Origin: an uncultured Candidatus Binatia bacterium
GTDB lineage: Bacteria > Desulfobacterota > Binatia > UBA9968 > CAXXLF01
Direction of reading: 5' to 3'
DNA: 64,000 nucleotides
Assembly: GCA_965218425.1 (NCBI GenBank)
Contig: OZ244621.1
Span: 1,344,001-1,408,000, forward strand
A program made the position numbers and the translations under genes. A model generated the notes under the pieces. That model searched no databases. It was not told the origin of the DNA and was given only the letters and a program-made list of their open reading frames with translations. Position 1 is the first letter of the stretch; each line of letters begins with the position of its first letter. This document shows, in pieces, positions 1-9,996 of this stretch.

Positions 1-1440
1 CGTTCCTCCTACCGTGATCCCATCGATTTTGATGGTGGGAAGTCCGACTCCCACTGGAACCGATTGACCATCCTTGCCACAGGTCCCCACGCCTTCGTCC
101 AGGCTCAAATCCGTCCCAACCATGGAGACGCGTTTCAAGACATCTGGCCCGCTCCCAATCAGAGTAGCCCCTCTGATGGGTCGAGTCCTCTTTCCGTCCT
201 CAATGAGATAGGCCTCACTGGCCGAAAAGACAAATTTTCCGTTGGTAATATCCACCTGCCCTCCGCCAAAGTTTACCGCATAAATCCCCTTCTTGACGCA
301 GCGTAAGATATCCTCGGGGGAAGAATCCCCTGCCAACATAAAGGTATTGGTCATCCGCGGCATTGGAATATGGGCATAGCTTTCACGGCGTCCGTTCCCG
401 GTGAGGGGCATCCCCATCAGGGAGGCGTTGAGGCGATCCTGAAGATAACCCGTTAACACACCCTTCTCAATCAGCACGGTTCGATGGGTGGGGGTACCTT
501 CGTCATCGTGATTCAAGGATCCCCGGCGGGAGGGTATCGTTCCATCGTCAACCACGGTGCAGTGCTCGGAAGCGACTTTTTCCCCAATACGATCCGAAAA
601 TGCGGAGATCTTTTTCCGGTTAAAGTCCCCTTCCAAGCCATGCCCTATGGCCTCATGGAGAAGGATACCAGGCCATCCCGGACCCAGAACCACATCCATC
701 TCACCAGCCGGGGCATCTTCGGCCTCGAGGTTTAAAAGGGCCTGCCGCACCGCTTCACGCGTGTAACGCTCGTAGTCTTTCTTCTCGGTGAGAAACGAAA
801 ATCCTACCCTTCCTCCCCCGCCAAAACCCCCCATCTGTCGATTGTCTCCATCCTCTGCGATACAGGTCACGTTGAGTCGGATGAGGGGCTGCACATCGCC
901 GACAACCCAGCCATCTGAGGAGGCCACGAGAACGATTTTACGCTGGGTGACAAGGCTGACAAATACGTTCTTAACCCGCTGGTCGATACTCCGGGCCAAA
1001 CGGTCCATATCATGAAGCAGAGCAATTCTTTCCTCTAGCTTGACCTCGGCAGCGTCGCTCTCCACCGGATAGAGATTGTGCGGCACGCCTTGTGCTCCGC
1101 CCACGGGTACGGGCACATGGGCTCCCTTGTTTTGGGCGATGTAGCGGGCCGTACGGGCGGCCAATTCCAGATTTTCAATGGTAATGTCGTCGGTAAAGGC
1201 ATATCCGGTTTTTGCCTCCGCCAAAACTCTAACCCCTACTCCATTGGCCGCGGAACCGGAGGCGTTTTTGACCATGCCCTCTTCCAGGCTGATGGCCTCA
1301 TTGCTTCGATATTCGAAATAGAGGTCCGCATAATCAGCCTTGCTTTCCAAGGCCCTGGAAAGGACTTTATCTAAATCCCGCGACGTGACGCCAAATCGCC
1401 GGTCGAAAAACGATGTGGCGGGTATCACTTCTTGAGCCAT
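1..1440 (-). CDS. tldD: Metalloprotease TldD (3' end runs off the window edge)
   Basis: Manual translation from ATG at 1440: MAQEV...ADYADLYFEY...GVGVRV...HEAIGHGLEGDFNRK...GTCGKDGQSVPVGVGLPTIKIDGITVGGT, which carries the TldD HExxxH and C-terminal CGKxGQ motifs. Absent from the ORF track because the stop lies outside the window. Confidence 0.92.
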   Translation of the reverse strand, partial: MAQEVIPATSFFDRRFGVTSRDLDKVLSRALESKADYADLYFEYRSNEAISLEEGMVKNASGSAANGVGVRVLAEAKTGYAFTDDITIENLELAARTARYIAQNKGAHVPVPVGGAQGVPHNLYPVESDAAEVKLEERIALLHDMDRLARSIDQRVKNVFVSLVTQRKIVLVASSDGWVVGDVQPLIRLNVTCIAEDGDNRQMGGFGGGGRVGFSFLTEKKDYERYTREAVRQALLNLEAEDAPAGEMDVVLGPGWPGILLHEAIGHGLEGDFNRKKISAFSDRIGEKVASEHCTVVDDGTIPSRRGSLNHDDEGTPTHRTVLIEKGVLTGYLQDRLNASLMGMPLTGNGRRESYAHIPMPRMTNTFMLAGDSSPEDILRCVKKGIYAVNFGGGQVDITNGKFVFSASEAYLIEDGKRTRPIRGATLIGSGPDVLKRVSMVGTDLSLDEGVGTCGKDGQSVPVGVGLPTIKIDGITVGGT

Positions 1441-1563
1441 GGCTTTTCTCCTCTCTCATACACCCACGGGCAGCATTTCTGCCCCTTGAAAATGAGTATA
1501 GTATATGATTAGGGTAATGGACAGTCCAATAACCCATCGTATATCGATTGGTAAAGGTACTAA

Positions 1564-2628
1564 ATGGGAAAAACCGTTGTTCATGTAGTGGGTACAGGGA
1601 CCATAGGGGAGCCGTTGATCGGCATTCTTTCCACCTTCCGCAAGGAATTTGGTGTGGATGAAGTCACCTTCCATAAGCGAACCCCACGCGAAAACGACCG
1701 GTCAAAAGTTACAGCCCTGGGCCAGAAGGGAGCCAGTCTCTGCGTGGACAAGGAGCGCTGGAGCAGATTCAAGGCAATGGGAATGGAGCCCCGCTACGAG
1801 GCTGAAGAGGCCATAGAGAGGGCCAAGGTGATCATTGACTGCACCCCGGTGGGGAACGACAACAAGGAAAAATATTACCAGCGCTATGCCAATAACGGTC
1901 GAGGATTCATCGCCCAGGGAAGTGAGTTTGGTTTTGGCAAGATGTATGCCCGGGGAATTAACGATAAGGCCTTGACCAAAGGGACCGACCAATTCATCCA
2001 AGTGGTTAGTTGTAACACCCACAACATGGCAGCCATCATCGACACCGTCGCCTTGGGTCCGGAAAAAGGAAACAACCTCGAAGAGGGTCGCTTTGTCTGC
2101 ATGCGACGCGCCAACGACCTGAGTGAGGAAGGTGGCTACATACCCGCCCCCGAGATCGGCAGGCACGATGATTCCCAGTATGGCACTCACCAGGGGAGAG
2201 ACGCATACCACCTCTTTAAAACTCTGGACTTCGACCTTAACATCTTTTCGTCGGTCCTTAAGTTGAATACCCAATACATGCACACCCTTTACTTCGACTT
2301 GAAGCTCCTTCGGCGTGTAACCATGGAGGAGGTGATGCGCCGCATCACAGGTAACGCAAGAGTTGCCATGACGAACAAAAGCTCCATGGCTTCAGTTTTT
2401 TCCTTCGGGCGGGATCATGGACTTTTCGGTCGAATCCTCAACCAAACCGTCATTCCCACCAGTAGTCTAGCCCTCAGGGGAGACAGAGAAGTGGTTGGAA
2501 TGTGCTTTACTCCCCAGGATGGAAATTCCCTCTTGAGCAGCATCGCCGCCACCTTGTGGTTCCTCCATCCGGACACCTACGAGGATCGCATTGAACCCTT
2601 AAGGGGTTATTTTTTCAGCGAAATTTAG
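1564..2628 (+). CDS. Archaeal-type (type II) glyceraldehyde-3-phosphate dehydrogenase-like protein
   Basis: Rossmann VVGTGTIG, IIDCTP..G..NKE.YY, IAQGSE, catalytic VVSCNTH, RRAND and NTQYMH. These parallel archaeal GAPDH motifs (VVSCNTT, RRAAD, PTTLMH). Confidence 0.7.
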   Translation: MGKTVVHVVGTGTIGEPLIGILSTFRKEFGVDEVTFHKRTPRENDRSKVTALGQKGASLCVDKERWSRFKAMGMEPRYEAEEAIERAKVIIDCTPVGNDNKEKYYQRYANNGRGFIAQGSEFGFGKMYARGINDKALTKGTDQFIQVVSCNTHNMAAIIDTVALGPEKGNNLEEGRFVCMRRANDLSEEGGYIPAPEIGRHDDSQYGTHQGRDAYHLFKTLDFDLNIFSSVLKLNTQYMHTLYFDLKLLRRVTMEEVMRRITGNARVAMTNKSSMASVFSFGRDHGLFGRILNQTVIPTSSLALRGDREVVGMCFTPQDGNSLLSSIAATLWFLHPDTYEDRIEPLRGYFFSEI

Positions 2629-2686
2629 CCAAAATCATTTGATCTCTCCCTTTGAATTTGCGCGTTTTGGGATTTGGATATACGAC

Positions 2687-2908
2687 GACTCGCGCAAAGG
2701 ACGCCAAGTATCAATGAATTTGCAAATTGGTAACTCGAAATTCGGAACTAATCCAAACGATCAAAAAACATCAAATTCTAAACAATCTCGTTTCGGATTT
2801 TGATTTTTTTTGAATTTGACGGCGTCGGTTTGCTTGAGATTTGGTGCTTCGAAATTTAGTTCGGGGGTATCTTGCCGGAGGAATCTTTGTTGAAGTCGTT
2901 CTGTCAAA
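2687..2908 (-). repeat. Nested palindromic intergenic element, copy A (reverse orientation)
   Basis: Reverse complement reads ACAGAACGACTTCAAC...CAAGATACCCC...inner AAATTTCGAAGCACCAAATC arm...ATACTTGGCGTCCTTTGCGCGAGTC and is colinear with the copy at 62922-63147. Confidence 0.85.
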
Positions 2909-2979
2909 CAATCTATCGGTAAGTATCTGGCTCTCATGAGTATTTTCGGCGTATGATATGAGTGACTTCCACCGTGACG

Positions 2980-3444
2980 CTATTCTACGGAACGGAGGTC
3001 AATTTCCTCAAAGCGCACCCTATCGCCAACCTTTATATGGTGTTGGATGGCGACACCTCCTTTGACTTCCAGAACAAACTGGCTTGGGTATCGCACGGCC
3101 AGGGATGCTGTGGAGAAAGGCACGGCCCGGTGGACAATTCCAACGATCTTTTTATGACGGTTAACGAAAATGAGATCCAGAGAGATGGGAGTGTTTTTCA
3201 TCCAGAAGGTTTGGACTCTCTCCTCCGTGAAGAGAAAGAGCATCCCTTGGTCCTCCGCCAATTCCTGACGGTATTGTAAACCCAACGTTCTCTTGGTGGG
3301 GGTATCGGCGATCTCTACTTTAATGGGAATTTCCTTATCCCGGCCCTGCAAGAGCACGCGAGGACCGGTGCGACAGGAAATCAGACCACTCACGAGACAC
3401 AGACTCAAAACAAGCTTGCCGTTGAGTCTCATACACTGCCACAC
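2980..3444 (-). CDS. DUF192 family protein (probable lipoprotein)
   Basis: VEIADT...R..GLQYR..L.EDQGMLF...FWMKNTPISLDLIF...VLEVKGG; N-terminal hydrophobic segment ending in Cys. Confidence 0.9.
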   Translation of the reverse strand: MWQCMRLNGKLVLSLCLVSGLISCRTGPRVLLQGRDKEIPIKVEIADTPTKRTLGLQYRQELAEDQGMLFLFTEERVQTFWMKNTPISLDLIFVNRHKKIVGIVHRAVPFSTASLAVRYPSQFVLEVKGGVAIQHHIKVGDRVRFEEIDLRSVE

Positions 3445-3455
3445 GACAACAACCC

Positions 3456-5492
3456 CTACGATTTCGCTGAATCTTTCGCTGCGGGACTCTCTCGATTCTC
3501 GCGCAGATCCATGGCCACCAGCTCGGCAATATCCAACACCTCGGGAGTTGAGTCTGTATCTTCCTTCGCTCCCTCATCGGAGAACATCCGCATGCAAAAC
3601 GGGCACCCGGTGGCGATGGTTTTTGCTCCCGTACCCTTCAATTCCCGGAAGCGATTGGCGCTGACCCGTTCGGCCCCTTTCTCCTCTTCCTTGAAGAACT
3701 GGCCCCCCCCCGCACCACAGCAAAAACTGTCGCTACGGTTTCGGGGTGGTTCGTTTAGTTGGAAGCCCATGGAGCGAATGACTTCCCGGGGCTGGTTATA
3801 AATCCCGTTGTGGCGTCCCAGATAACAAGGATCATGGTAGGTAACGGAACTTTTCGACGTCGTGGGGACAGCCAGTTTGCCCGCTTGCACCAGCTCCGCT
3901 ATGAATTCAGTATGATGCTTGACCACATAGTTTCCGCCAAACTGTGAGTACTCGTTCCCCACGGTGTGAAAACAGTGGGCACAGGTTGTCACGATGACTT
4001 TAGGTGCAACGGAATTCAAAGTTTCCACGTTGGCGGTTGCCATCTCGGCGAATAGATACTCGTTTCCGGCGCGGCGGGCGGAATCTCCTGTACACTTTTC
4101 CTGTGAGCCAAGCACCGCCCAGTTGAGCCCTGCAGCGTGCAGGATTTCGGCCATACTCACTGCGATCTTCTGAGCCCGCGAATCGTAGGAGGGAACACAG
4201 CCCACCCAGTAAAGTATATCTGGATTCGGGTGTTGCTCTACCGTCGGCACGGGGAAGGGCAAAGTGGCCGCCCAGTCCAACCTCTGCTCCGGAGGAAGGA
4301 CCCATGGGTTTCCCGAGTTTTCCATCCCATTGAAGGCCTGCTTTAACTGGTTGGGAAAGTCAGCTTCCATTAAGACACGCTCTCGGCGCACGTCCAAAAT
4401 ATGGAGCATCTGCTCGTTGCCCACCGGGCAGACTTCAACGCAGGCGTTGCATGTGGTGCATGACCAGGCGGCTTCCTTATTGAGGGCAAAATCCAAAAGG
4501 GCGCGTGGTTCTGCATCCTCCTTACCAAAGATGCCCAAGGTTCGATTCATTTCGTAACGCTCATTGATCAGGATCGCCGCGGGGCTCAAGGGCTTGCCAG
4601 TGGCATAGGCCGGGCAAACATCCTGGCAACGATTGCACATGATGCAACTATAGGCATCCATCAGTCGCGGCCAGGCAAAGTCCTTGAGGGTCGCTGCTCC
4701 AAAAGACTCTTCATTCTCGAAATCCATGGGTTCCAACACGCCAGGTTTGTGCTTCTTCAGTGCGAGATTCAACGGGGCCAGCATGATGTGGATATGTTTG
4801 GACCTGGGAAAGTAAGGCAGAAACAGAAAGATCGAGCCGAGTGCGCCCCACCAGAAAAAGTGTTGCAGTCCTTCCAGCAGACCCGGGCTCAGCCCCGAGA
4901 AAAGGCCGGTAAAAACTCCTGCAACCGGCTGAAAGGGGTCCAGGCCCTCATGGGCCAGTTGGGTGCTCTTGGATAGAAGGCGGCTGCCCACGTGAAAGAC
5001 GATAAAGCCTCCCACAATGGCGGAATCCCATGGAATCCCACTTCTGACATTTTCGTGAAGGGGCACATTGGAGGCAATTTTAAAATCGGATGGCTTTGCC
5101 AAGAAGCGTCGGATCATCAAACCCACAATGCCAACCAGCACGCTGGCCGTCAGGAGATCCGCCAACAGGTTAAAGGGATTCCAGATCCCTCCACGGGCAA
5201 CCCAAGGGAAAAATCCCTCCAAGACATCCACCAGGTTAACCAGAAAGTAATAAACAAACCCATAAAAAACCATGGCATGGAGAAAGGAAACCAGGGGACG
5301 TTTTTTGAAAAGAGACTGCTGGGTCAGAACAATCCACAATGCACGAAGGATACGCTGAAGGGGGCGATCAAAGCGTGGGCTAGACTTTCCTGACGCGATG
5401 GCCTGGTAGACACCATAAAAGCCCGTACTCGCATAGGACAGGCACAAGAGGGCCAAGAGCAGGAAGGCTATCTTTTCTACAGATGTGAGCAT
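3456..5492 (-). CDS. Membrane-bound Fe-S oxidoreductase, FadF/HdrD/GlpC family
   Basis: N-terminal TM domain, two CxxCxxCxxxCP ferredoxin motifs, and two CCG-type domains (EKCTGD...TTCAHC; YHDPCYLGR...FCCGAGGG...TGCPFC). Confidence 0.88.
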   Translation of the reverse strand: MLTSVEKIAFLLLALLCLSYASTGFYGVYQAIASGKSSPRFDRPLQRILRALWIVLTQQSLFKKRPLVSFLHAMVFYGFVYYFLVNLVDVLEGFFPWVARGGIWNPFNLLADLLTASVLVGIVGLMIRRFLAKPSDFKIASNVPLHENVRSGIPWDSAIVGGFIVFHVGSRLLSKSTQLAHEGLDPFQPVAGVFTGLFSGLSPGLLEGLQHFFWWGALGSIFLFLPYFPRSKHIHIMLAPLNLALKKHKPGVLEPMDFENEESFGAATLKDFAWPRLMDAYSCIMCNRCQDVCPAYATGKPLSPAAILINERYEMNRTLGIFGKEDAEPRALLDFALNKEAAWSCTTCNACVEVCPVGNEQMLHILDVRRERVLMEADFPNQLKQAFNGMENSGNPWVLPPEQRLDWAATLPFPVPTVEQHPNPDILYWVGCVPSYDSRAQKIAVSMAEILHAAGLNWAVLGSQEKCTGDSARRAGNEYLFAEMATANVETLNSVAPKVIVTTCAHCFHTVGNEYSQFGGNYVVKHHTEFIAELVQAGKLAVPTTSKSSVTYHDPCYLGRHNGIYNQPREVIRSMGFQLNEPPRNRSDSFCCGAGGGQFFKEEEKGAERVSANRFRELKGTGAKTIATGCPFCMRMFSDEGAKEDTDSTPEVLDIAELVAMDLRENRESPAAKDSAKS

Positions 5493-5904
5493 GGGCTCTC
5501 CCTAAAAGATGTTGTTACTCTTCAACCAATGGATGCTTATGATAGAGACAATTTGCGAGTCAAGAACATAACAAATGAATCGGTAAGGGACTGTTCGGAT
5601 TCGGGAGTCTGAGCTCAGAGGGAGCCAATGGGCCGATGCCTCGATGCCACGTCAAATTAATCTGGCATATCAGTAGGCCTGAAGCACACGTATGGGACGT
5701 CTCCCCTTCTTCGATGCAGGCCTGTTCATCCCATGGAGTAAGCGAAGAATTTGCGAGCAGTGGATCAATGGATCGCATTTCCCTCTACTGCTCCAATTTC
5801 CAACGCTCCAAGGCGCAAAGCGCCTTCCAGGCTCGCTTCCTGAGAAGCATACGGGATCGTGGCTCAAGACATCCAGGGACCAACCAGAAATCTTTTCTAC
5901 CACC

Positions 5905-6684
5905 CTACTGATGATAACCGAGACGTTGGGAGAGATCATTGCCGCCTTTGAGGGTTAGGGGAATAATCTCTTCCTCAATTTTTTCCCGACTCAAGCGATG
6001 TCCAGGCCCTATGACCGAGAGACTCCCCACCAAAACTCGGGTGTGATCACGAACGGGCACTGCCACGCATCGTACATCTTCAATAAATTCACCAAGATCC
6101 GTTGCAAATCCTCCTTCGCTGATCTCCTGGATCTGTTTGAGAAGAAGCTGGCGGTCTACGATGGTTTTTTCGGTGTAGCGCACCAAGGATTCTGGAATGC
6201 CACTTCGAAGCTCATCGCCAAACGCAAAGGCCAAGTGAATTTTGCCAGGAGCAGTGCAGTACAAGGGGAGGGTCTCCCCTACAATGGATGCCACCCTCAC
6301 AGGACTCTTAGACTCGACAAAGTCCAACGGCACGATTCCGGTTCCCTTTCTCAATGCCACAAAGGTGCTCTCTCCTGACTCTTGAGCCAATGTGGTCAGT
6401 GTCGCCTGTGCCTGGTGCAAGAATCCTATTTGACGGACATAGGCCTGACCTAGCTGATGGCACTTTAACCCAAGGCGATAATTTTCCGTTGCCTTATTCT
6501 GCTCAATGTAACCCCGCGCCTCCAGGGTTGCCAGTAGGCGAAAAACATTGTTTTTATGAAGTTTCAATCTCTTGCTCAATTCCGTAACACCAATTTCATC
6601 CCCCGCCCCAGGAAATTGCTCCAGCACATCAAGAGCATGAGATACAGAGTGAATAACGTAATTAGACTTCTCTCTCCGAACCAT
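5905..6684 (-). CDS. IclR family transcriptional regulator
   Basis: N-terminal HTH (SVSHALDVLE...GVTELS..L.LHKNNVFRLLATL...GY) and IclR effector domain (PLYCTAPGK...CVAVPV). Start moved to ATG 6684 behind GGAGGGG. Confidence 0.92.
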   Translation of the reverse strand: MVRREKSNYVIHSVSHALDVLEQFPGAGDEIGVTELSKRLKLHKNNVFRLLATLEARGYIEQNKATENYRLGLKCHQLGQAYVRQIGFLHQAQATLTTLAQESGESTFVALRKGTGIVPLDFVESKSPVRVASIVGETLPLYCTAPGKIHLAFAFGDELRSGIPESLVRYTEKTIVDRQLLLKQIQEISEGGFATDLGEFIEDVRCVAVPVRDHTRVLVGSLSVIGPGHRLSREKIEEEIIPLTLKGGNDLSQRLGYHQ

Positions 6685-6756
6685 ATCCCCTCCATGCAAG
6701 AAGACCTGTGGCCTAGATGCCCCTGGGCAAAATTGGCCATAACAAAAAGGCGTTTT

Positions 6757-6786
6757 AATCTATACTGGGGCACTACGGGTTGTCAA
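6757..6786 (-). promoter_or_regulatory. Putative sigma70 promoter for the IclR gene
   Basis: Minus strand TTGACA-N18-TAGATT about 70 nt upstream of the start codon. Confidence 0.4.
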
Positions 6787-7021
6787 ACGGTGGGGGGAGG
6801 TGGGGGCGGAGCAACCTATCCCGAGGGCTGACCCCGATCCGACATTAAATAGGTCCAAGAATTCATTGCCTGCAAGCATCAGATCACGGTCCGGAGCCGT
6901 TTGTTCCAAAAATCGACAACTCACCTTTAGCGCACCTGGGAGTCTGCGACCAAAATGTCAACGGTTATTGAAACGTCTGGCCCAGGATCATATAGGGTCG
7001 CTATTTTTTGCCGGATCGGGG

Positions 7022-7672
7022 CTAAAATTTTTCTGGAACCTTTTCCCAATCCTTTAAAAATCGCTCTATGCCAATATCGGTCAAAGGATGCTGTGTCAAT
7101 TGTTTGAGTACAGCGAAAGGTATGGTGGCGACATGGGCACCAATCAAAGCGGCCGACAGTACATGGACTGGATTGCGGACACTGGCAACTAGAACTTCCG
7201 TGGTCATTTGATAATTTTTATAGATCTTAACGATCTGCTCGATGATATCCATACCGGTCTGCGAAATGTCATCCAGGCGACCGATAAATGGGCTGATGTA
7301 GGCCGCTCCCGCCTTGGCAGCCAGTAGTGCCTGAACCGGAGTAAAGCAAAGGGTCACGTTGCATTGAATCCCCTTTTCCTTAAGGGCTCTCACGGCCTTG
7401 AGTCCTTCCGTGGTCAAAGGTACCTTGACCACCACGTTTTTTCCGTAGCGTATGAGCTTTTCCCCCTCCTGGATCATCCCCTCCGCGTCTCGACTAACCG
7501 TTTCGAGACTCACGGGTCCAGTCACCAGTGAACAGATGTCTTTCACCACCTCATCGAATCCCCTGCCAATCTTGGAGACTAATGTGGGATTCGTAGTAAC
7601 TCCATCGATAAGCCCCATGCTGTGAGCCTCGGAAATTTCACGTATGTCCGCGGTATCGAGAAAAAACTTCAT
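7022..7672 (-). CDS. fsa: Transaldolase / fructose-6-phosphate aldolase (TalC/Fsa family)
   Basis: [20 protein letters not shown] (Schiff-base Lys), [31 protein letters not shown]. Confidence 0.93.
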   Translation of the reverse strand: MKFFLDTADIREISEAHSMGLIDGVTTNPTLVSKIGRGFDEVVKDICSLVTGPVSLETVSRDAEGMIQEGEKLIRYGKNVVVKVPLTTEGLKAVRALKEKGIQCNVTLCFTPVQALLAAKAGAAYISPFIGRLDDISQTGMDIIEQIVKIYKNYQMTTEVLVASVRNPVHVLSAALIGAHVATIPFAVLKQLTQHPLTDIGIERFLKDWEKVPEKF

Positions 7673-7869
7673 AATTCCTCCTGTTTTCTATCTAGCACTC
7701 CTATTATGAAATGCCAATAATCCCCGATCCAAATGATGATGAGTCAGCGCGGTTATCGATATAGCGCTGGAGAATGTACGGGCTGTGTAAAGGGTTTGCC
7801 GGAGGACCAAACGGGTAAGGACTTATTTCGACGTTAGACTTTGCAACCTTTTTTCAAACGGTTATGCTG

Positions 7870-7928
7870 GACGACTGTCGGCGGAAATCGCTTTGAACCG
7901 GGGAAAATTTTGCGATTTCCGCCTCGTC
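7870..7928. promoter_or_regulatory. Strong stem-loop in the fsa/rrf2 divergent intergenic region
   Basis: GGCGGAAATCGC (7880-7891) pairs perfectly with GCGATTTCCGCC (7912-7923), extended by GACGA/TCGTC. It follows TTGCAA-N16-TATGCT (7841-7868). Confidence 0.5.
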
Positions 7929-7994
7929 ATTCGGGTCAATAGTTGTCCCCAAGGGTAATTTTCAGCTAGAATAAATAGATTTTTGGTGAGTTCC

Positions 7995-8429
7995 ATGAAG
8001 ATGGGCACAAAAGGATTATACGGTCTCCTCGCCATGGGGGAACTCGTTCAAAACTATAAGACCAATCGTCCAATTCAGGTGAAGGATATCGCCCAGCGAC
8101 AGAAGATTCCCGAAGAATACTTGGGGCAAATCATGGTTTTCCTCAAACGAGCGAATCTCGTGCGCGGAACAAGAGGACCGGGAGGTGGCTATCAGTTGGC
8201 TCGTTCGCCTGAATCCATCACAGTGGGACAGGTGGTGAAATGCCTGGAGGGACGTCCTCTGGCCTTCGATTTAAAAGATCAGAAAAACCCTTCAGCCCAA
8301 TCCGTCATCCAACGCAGACTTATGGAGACTTGGGAGAAAGCAATGGAGGCGTCAGAAAAAGTCCTCGAAGAGGTATCTCTCGCTGATCTCTGTAAGCCAG
8401 AAGAACGAAGCCAAATGTACTACATTTGA
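7995..8429 (+). CDS. Rrf2 family transcriptional regulator, CymR-like
   Basis: TKG.YGL.AM..L, IAQRQKIPEEYL.QI...LKRA.LV...RGPGGGY.LA. No Fe-S Cys triad; C-terminus MYYI. Confidence 0.88.
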   Translation: MKMGTKGLYGLLAMGELVQNYKTNRPIQVKDIAQRQKIPEEYLGQIMVFLKRANLVRGTRGPGGGYQLARSPESITVGQVVKCLEGRPLAFDLKDQKNPSAQSVIQRRLMETWEKAMEASEKVLEEVSLADLCKPEERSQMYYI

Positions 8430-8496
8430 ACGAACCGTTGCCTTGGCCGTGGAGGAGCAGAATCGGCTTCCTCTGGCACTCCGATTTTCAAATCAA

Positions 8497-9996
8497 ATGA
8501 TCCAACCTTCGTTCCAAGAATTTACCCGCCTTTCCAGGCAAGGGAATCTGGTTCCTGTTTACCAGGAACTGCTCATGGATTTGGAAACTCCGCTTTCCTT
8601 TTTTAAAAGATTAAAAAGGGACTGCTATTCCTTTCTCCTGGAAAGCGTTGAAGGAAGTGAACGTTGGGCACGCCATTCGTTTTTAGGGACCAACCCCTAC
8701 CTCGTCTTTAAGGCGAGGGGAGAGCAAATTGAGACGATCGAAAACGGGAAGCGCAAGACCTTTGCTTCGACTGGCCCGCTCCAGGTATTGGAGGAACTTC
8801 TTGGAACCTATCGTCCCGTTCCCGTGGAGGGAATGCCTCCGTTTTTCGGCGGTGCGCTCGGTTACGTTTCCTACGACGCGGTGGAGCAACTCCACGAAAT
8901 CTCCAATGTCAAAAAAGAGCATCTCGAGCTGCCCACCATCTATTTCATCTTTGTCCAAACCCTGGTGGCCTTTGATAACCTCAAGCACACCATAAAGGTG
9001 ATCGACAATGTGAGGCTGGACGGAAAGGAAAGCCTACGGGACGCCTATAAAGGGGCCGCCAATCGCATCCAAAAACTGGTGTCGTCCCTGCAGAAAAAGA
9101 CGAGCAGCCTGGAGGCCAGGGAAATCGAAGAAGGGACTGAGATAAAAAAGCCAAGCTCCAATGTAACTCCAGCGACGTTCCGTAGGATGGTCCAAAAGGC
9201 CAAGGATTACATCCGGGCAGGCGATATCATCCAGGTGGTGCTGTCCCACAGGCTTGAGACCGAGACGAGGGCCGATCCCTTCGAGGTTTACCGAGCGCTG
9301 AGATTTATCAACCCCTCTCCATATATGTTCTACCTTGAACTGGACAAGTTAAGGGTGATCGGCTCGTCACCTGAAACAATGGTGCGTCTCAACGAGGATA
9401 CCATCGAGCTCCGGCCCATTGCAGGAACACGGCCAAGAGGCAAAAACCTGATGGAGGAAAAAGAGCTGGAGGCAGATCTCCTGTCCGACCCCAAGGAGAG
9501 GGCGGAGCATATCATGCTGGTTGATCTGGGACGAAACGACGTAGGTCGGGTTGCCGAAATAGGATCCGTCCACGTCAACGAGCTCATGGCCATCGAGAAA
9601 TATTCCCACGTGATTCATATCGTGTCCAATATCCGTGGAAAAATGTCAGCCGGTGAACGTCCCTCGGGTCTCTTTGTCTCCTGTTTTCCAGCGGGAACAG
9701 TCTCAGGGGCACCCAAGATCAGGGCCATGCAGATCATTAGTGAGCTGGAGACCGAAAAAAGAGGACTGTATGCAGGCGCAATTGGATACTTCGGCTTCAA
9801 CGGCAATATGGATACTTGCATCGTTATCCGAACCATTCTCATGCACGGTAGAAAGGTGTGCATCCATGCCGGTGCCGGAATTGTAGCGGACTCCGATCCC
9901 CACAAGGAATATCAGGAGACCTTGAACAAGGCAGGGGCAATGCTCAAGGCTGTTAACCTGGCGGAAACGTGGAGCAGGAAAGCCGGTAAAAAATGA
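8497..9996 (+). CDS. trpE: Anthranilate synthase component I
   Basis: DLETPL, FLLESVEG.ERW.R.SF, GDIIQVVLS, NPSPY, PIAGTRPRG, KERAEHIMLVDLGRND, FPAGTVSGAPKIRAM, AGAGIVADS. Alternative TTG start at 8443. Confidence 0.93.
   Translation: MIQPSFQEFTRLSRQGNLVPVYQELLMDLETPLSFFKRLKRDCYSFLLESVEGSERWARHSFLGTNPYLVFKARGEQIETIENGKRKTFASTGPLQVLEELLGTYRPVPVEGMPPFFGGALGYVSYDAVEQLHEISNVKKEHLELPTIYFIFVQTLVAFDNLKHTIKVIDNVRLDGKESLRDAYKGAANRIQKLVSSLQKKTSSLEAREIEEGTEIKKPSSNVTPATFRRMVQKAKDYIRAGDIIQVVLSHRLETETRADPFEVYRALRFINPSPYMFYLELDKLRVIGSSPETMVRLNEDTIELRPIAGTRPRGKNLMEEKELEADLLSDPKERAEHIMLVDLGRNDVGRVAEIGSVHVNELMAIEKYSHVIHIVSNIRGKMSAGERPSGLFVSCFPAGTVSGAPKIRAMQIISELETEKRGLYAGAIGYFGFNGNMDTCIVIRTILMHGRKVCIHAGAGIVADSDPHKEYQETLNKAGAMLKAVNLAETWSRKAGKK

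Noticed and set aside
64..1374. Plus-strand ORFs in the first 1.4 kb, and antisense ORFs throughout the window
   Set aside because: Shadow frames of well-supported genes on the opposite strand (here tldD).
5560..5958. Several short ORFs or a riboswitch between the IclR gene and the Fe-S oxidoreductase
   Set aside because: No recognisable protein motifs, and I could not match cobalamin, FMN or 6S consensus elements; left unassigned.
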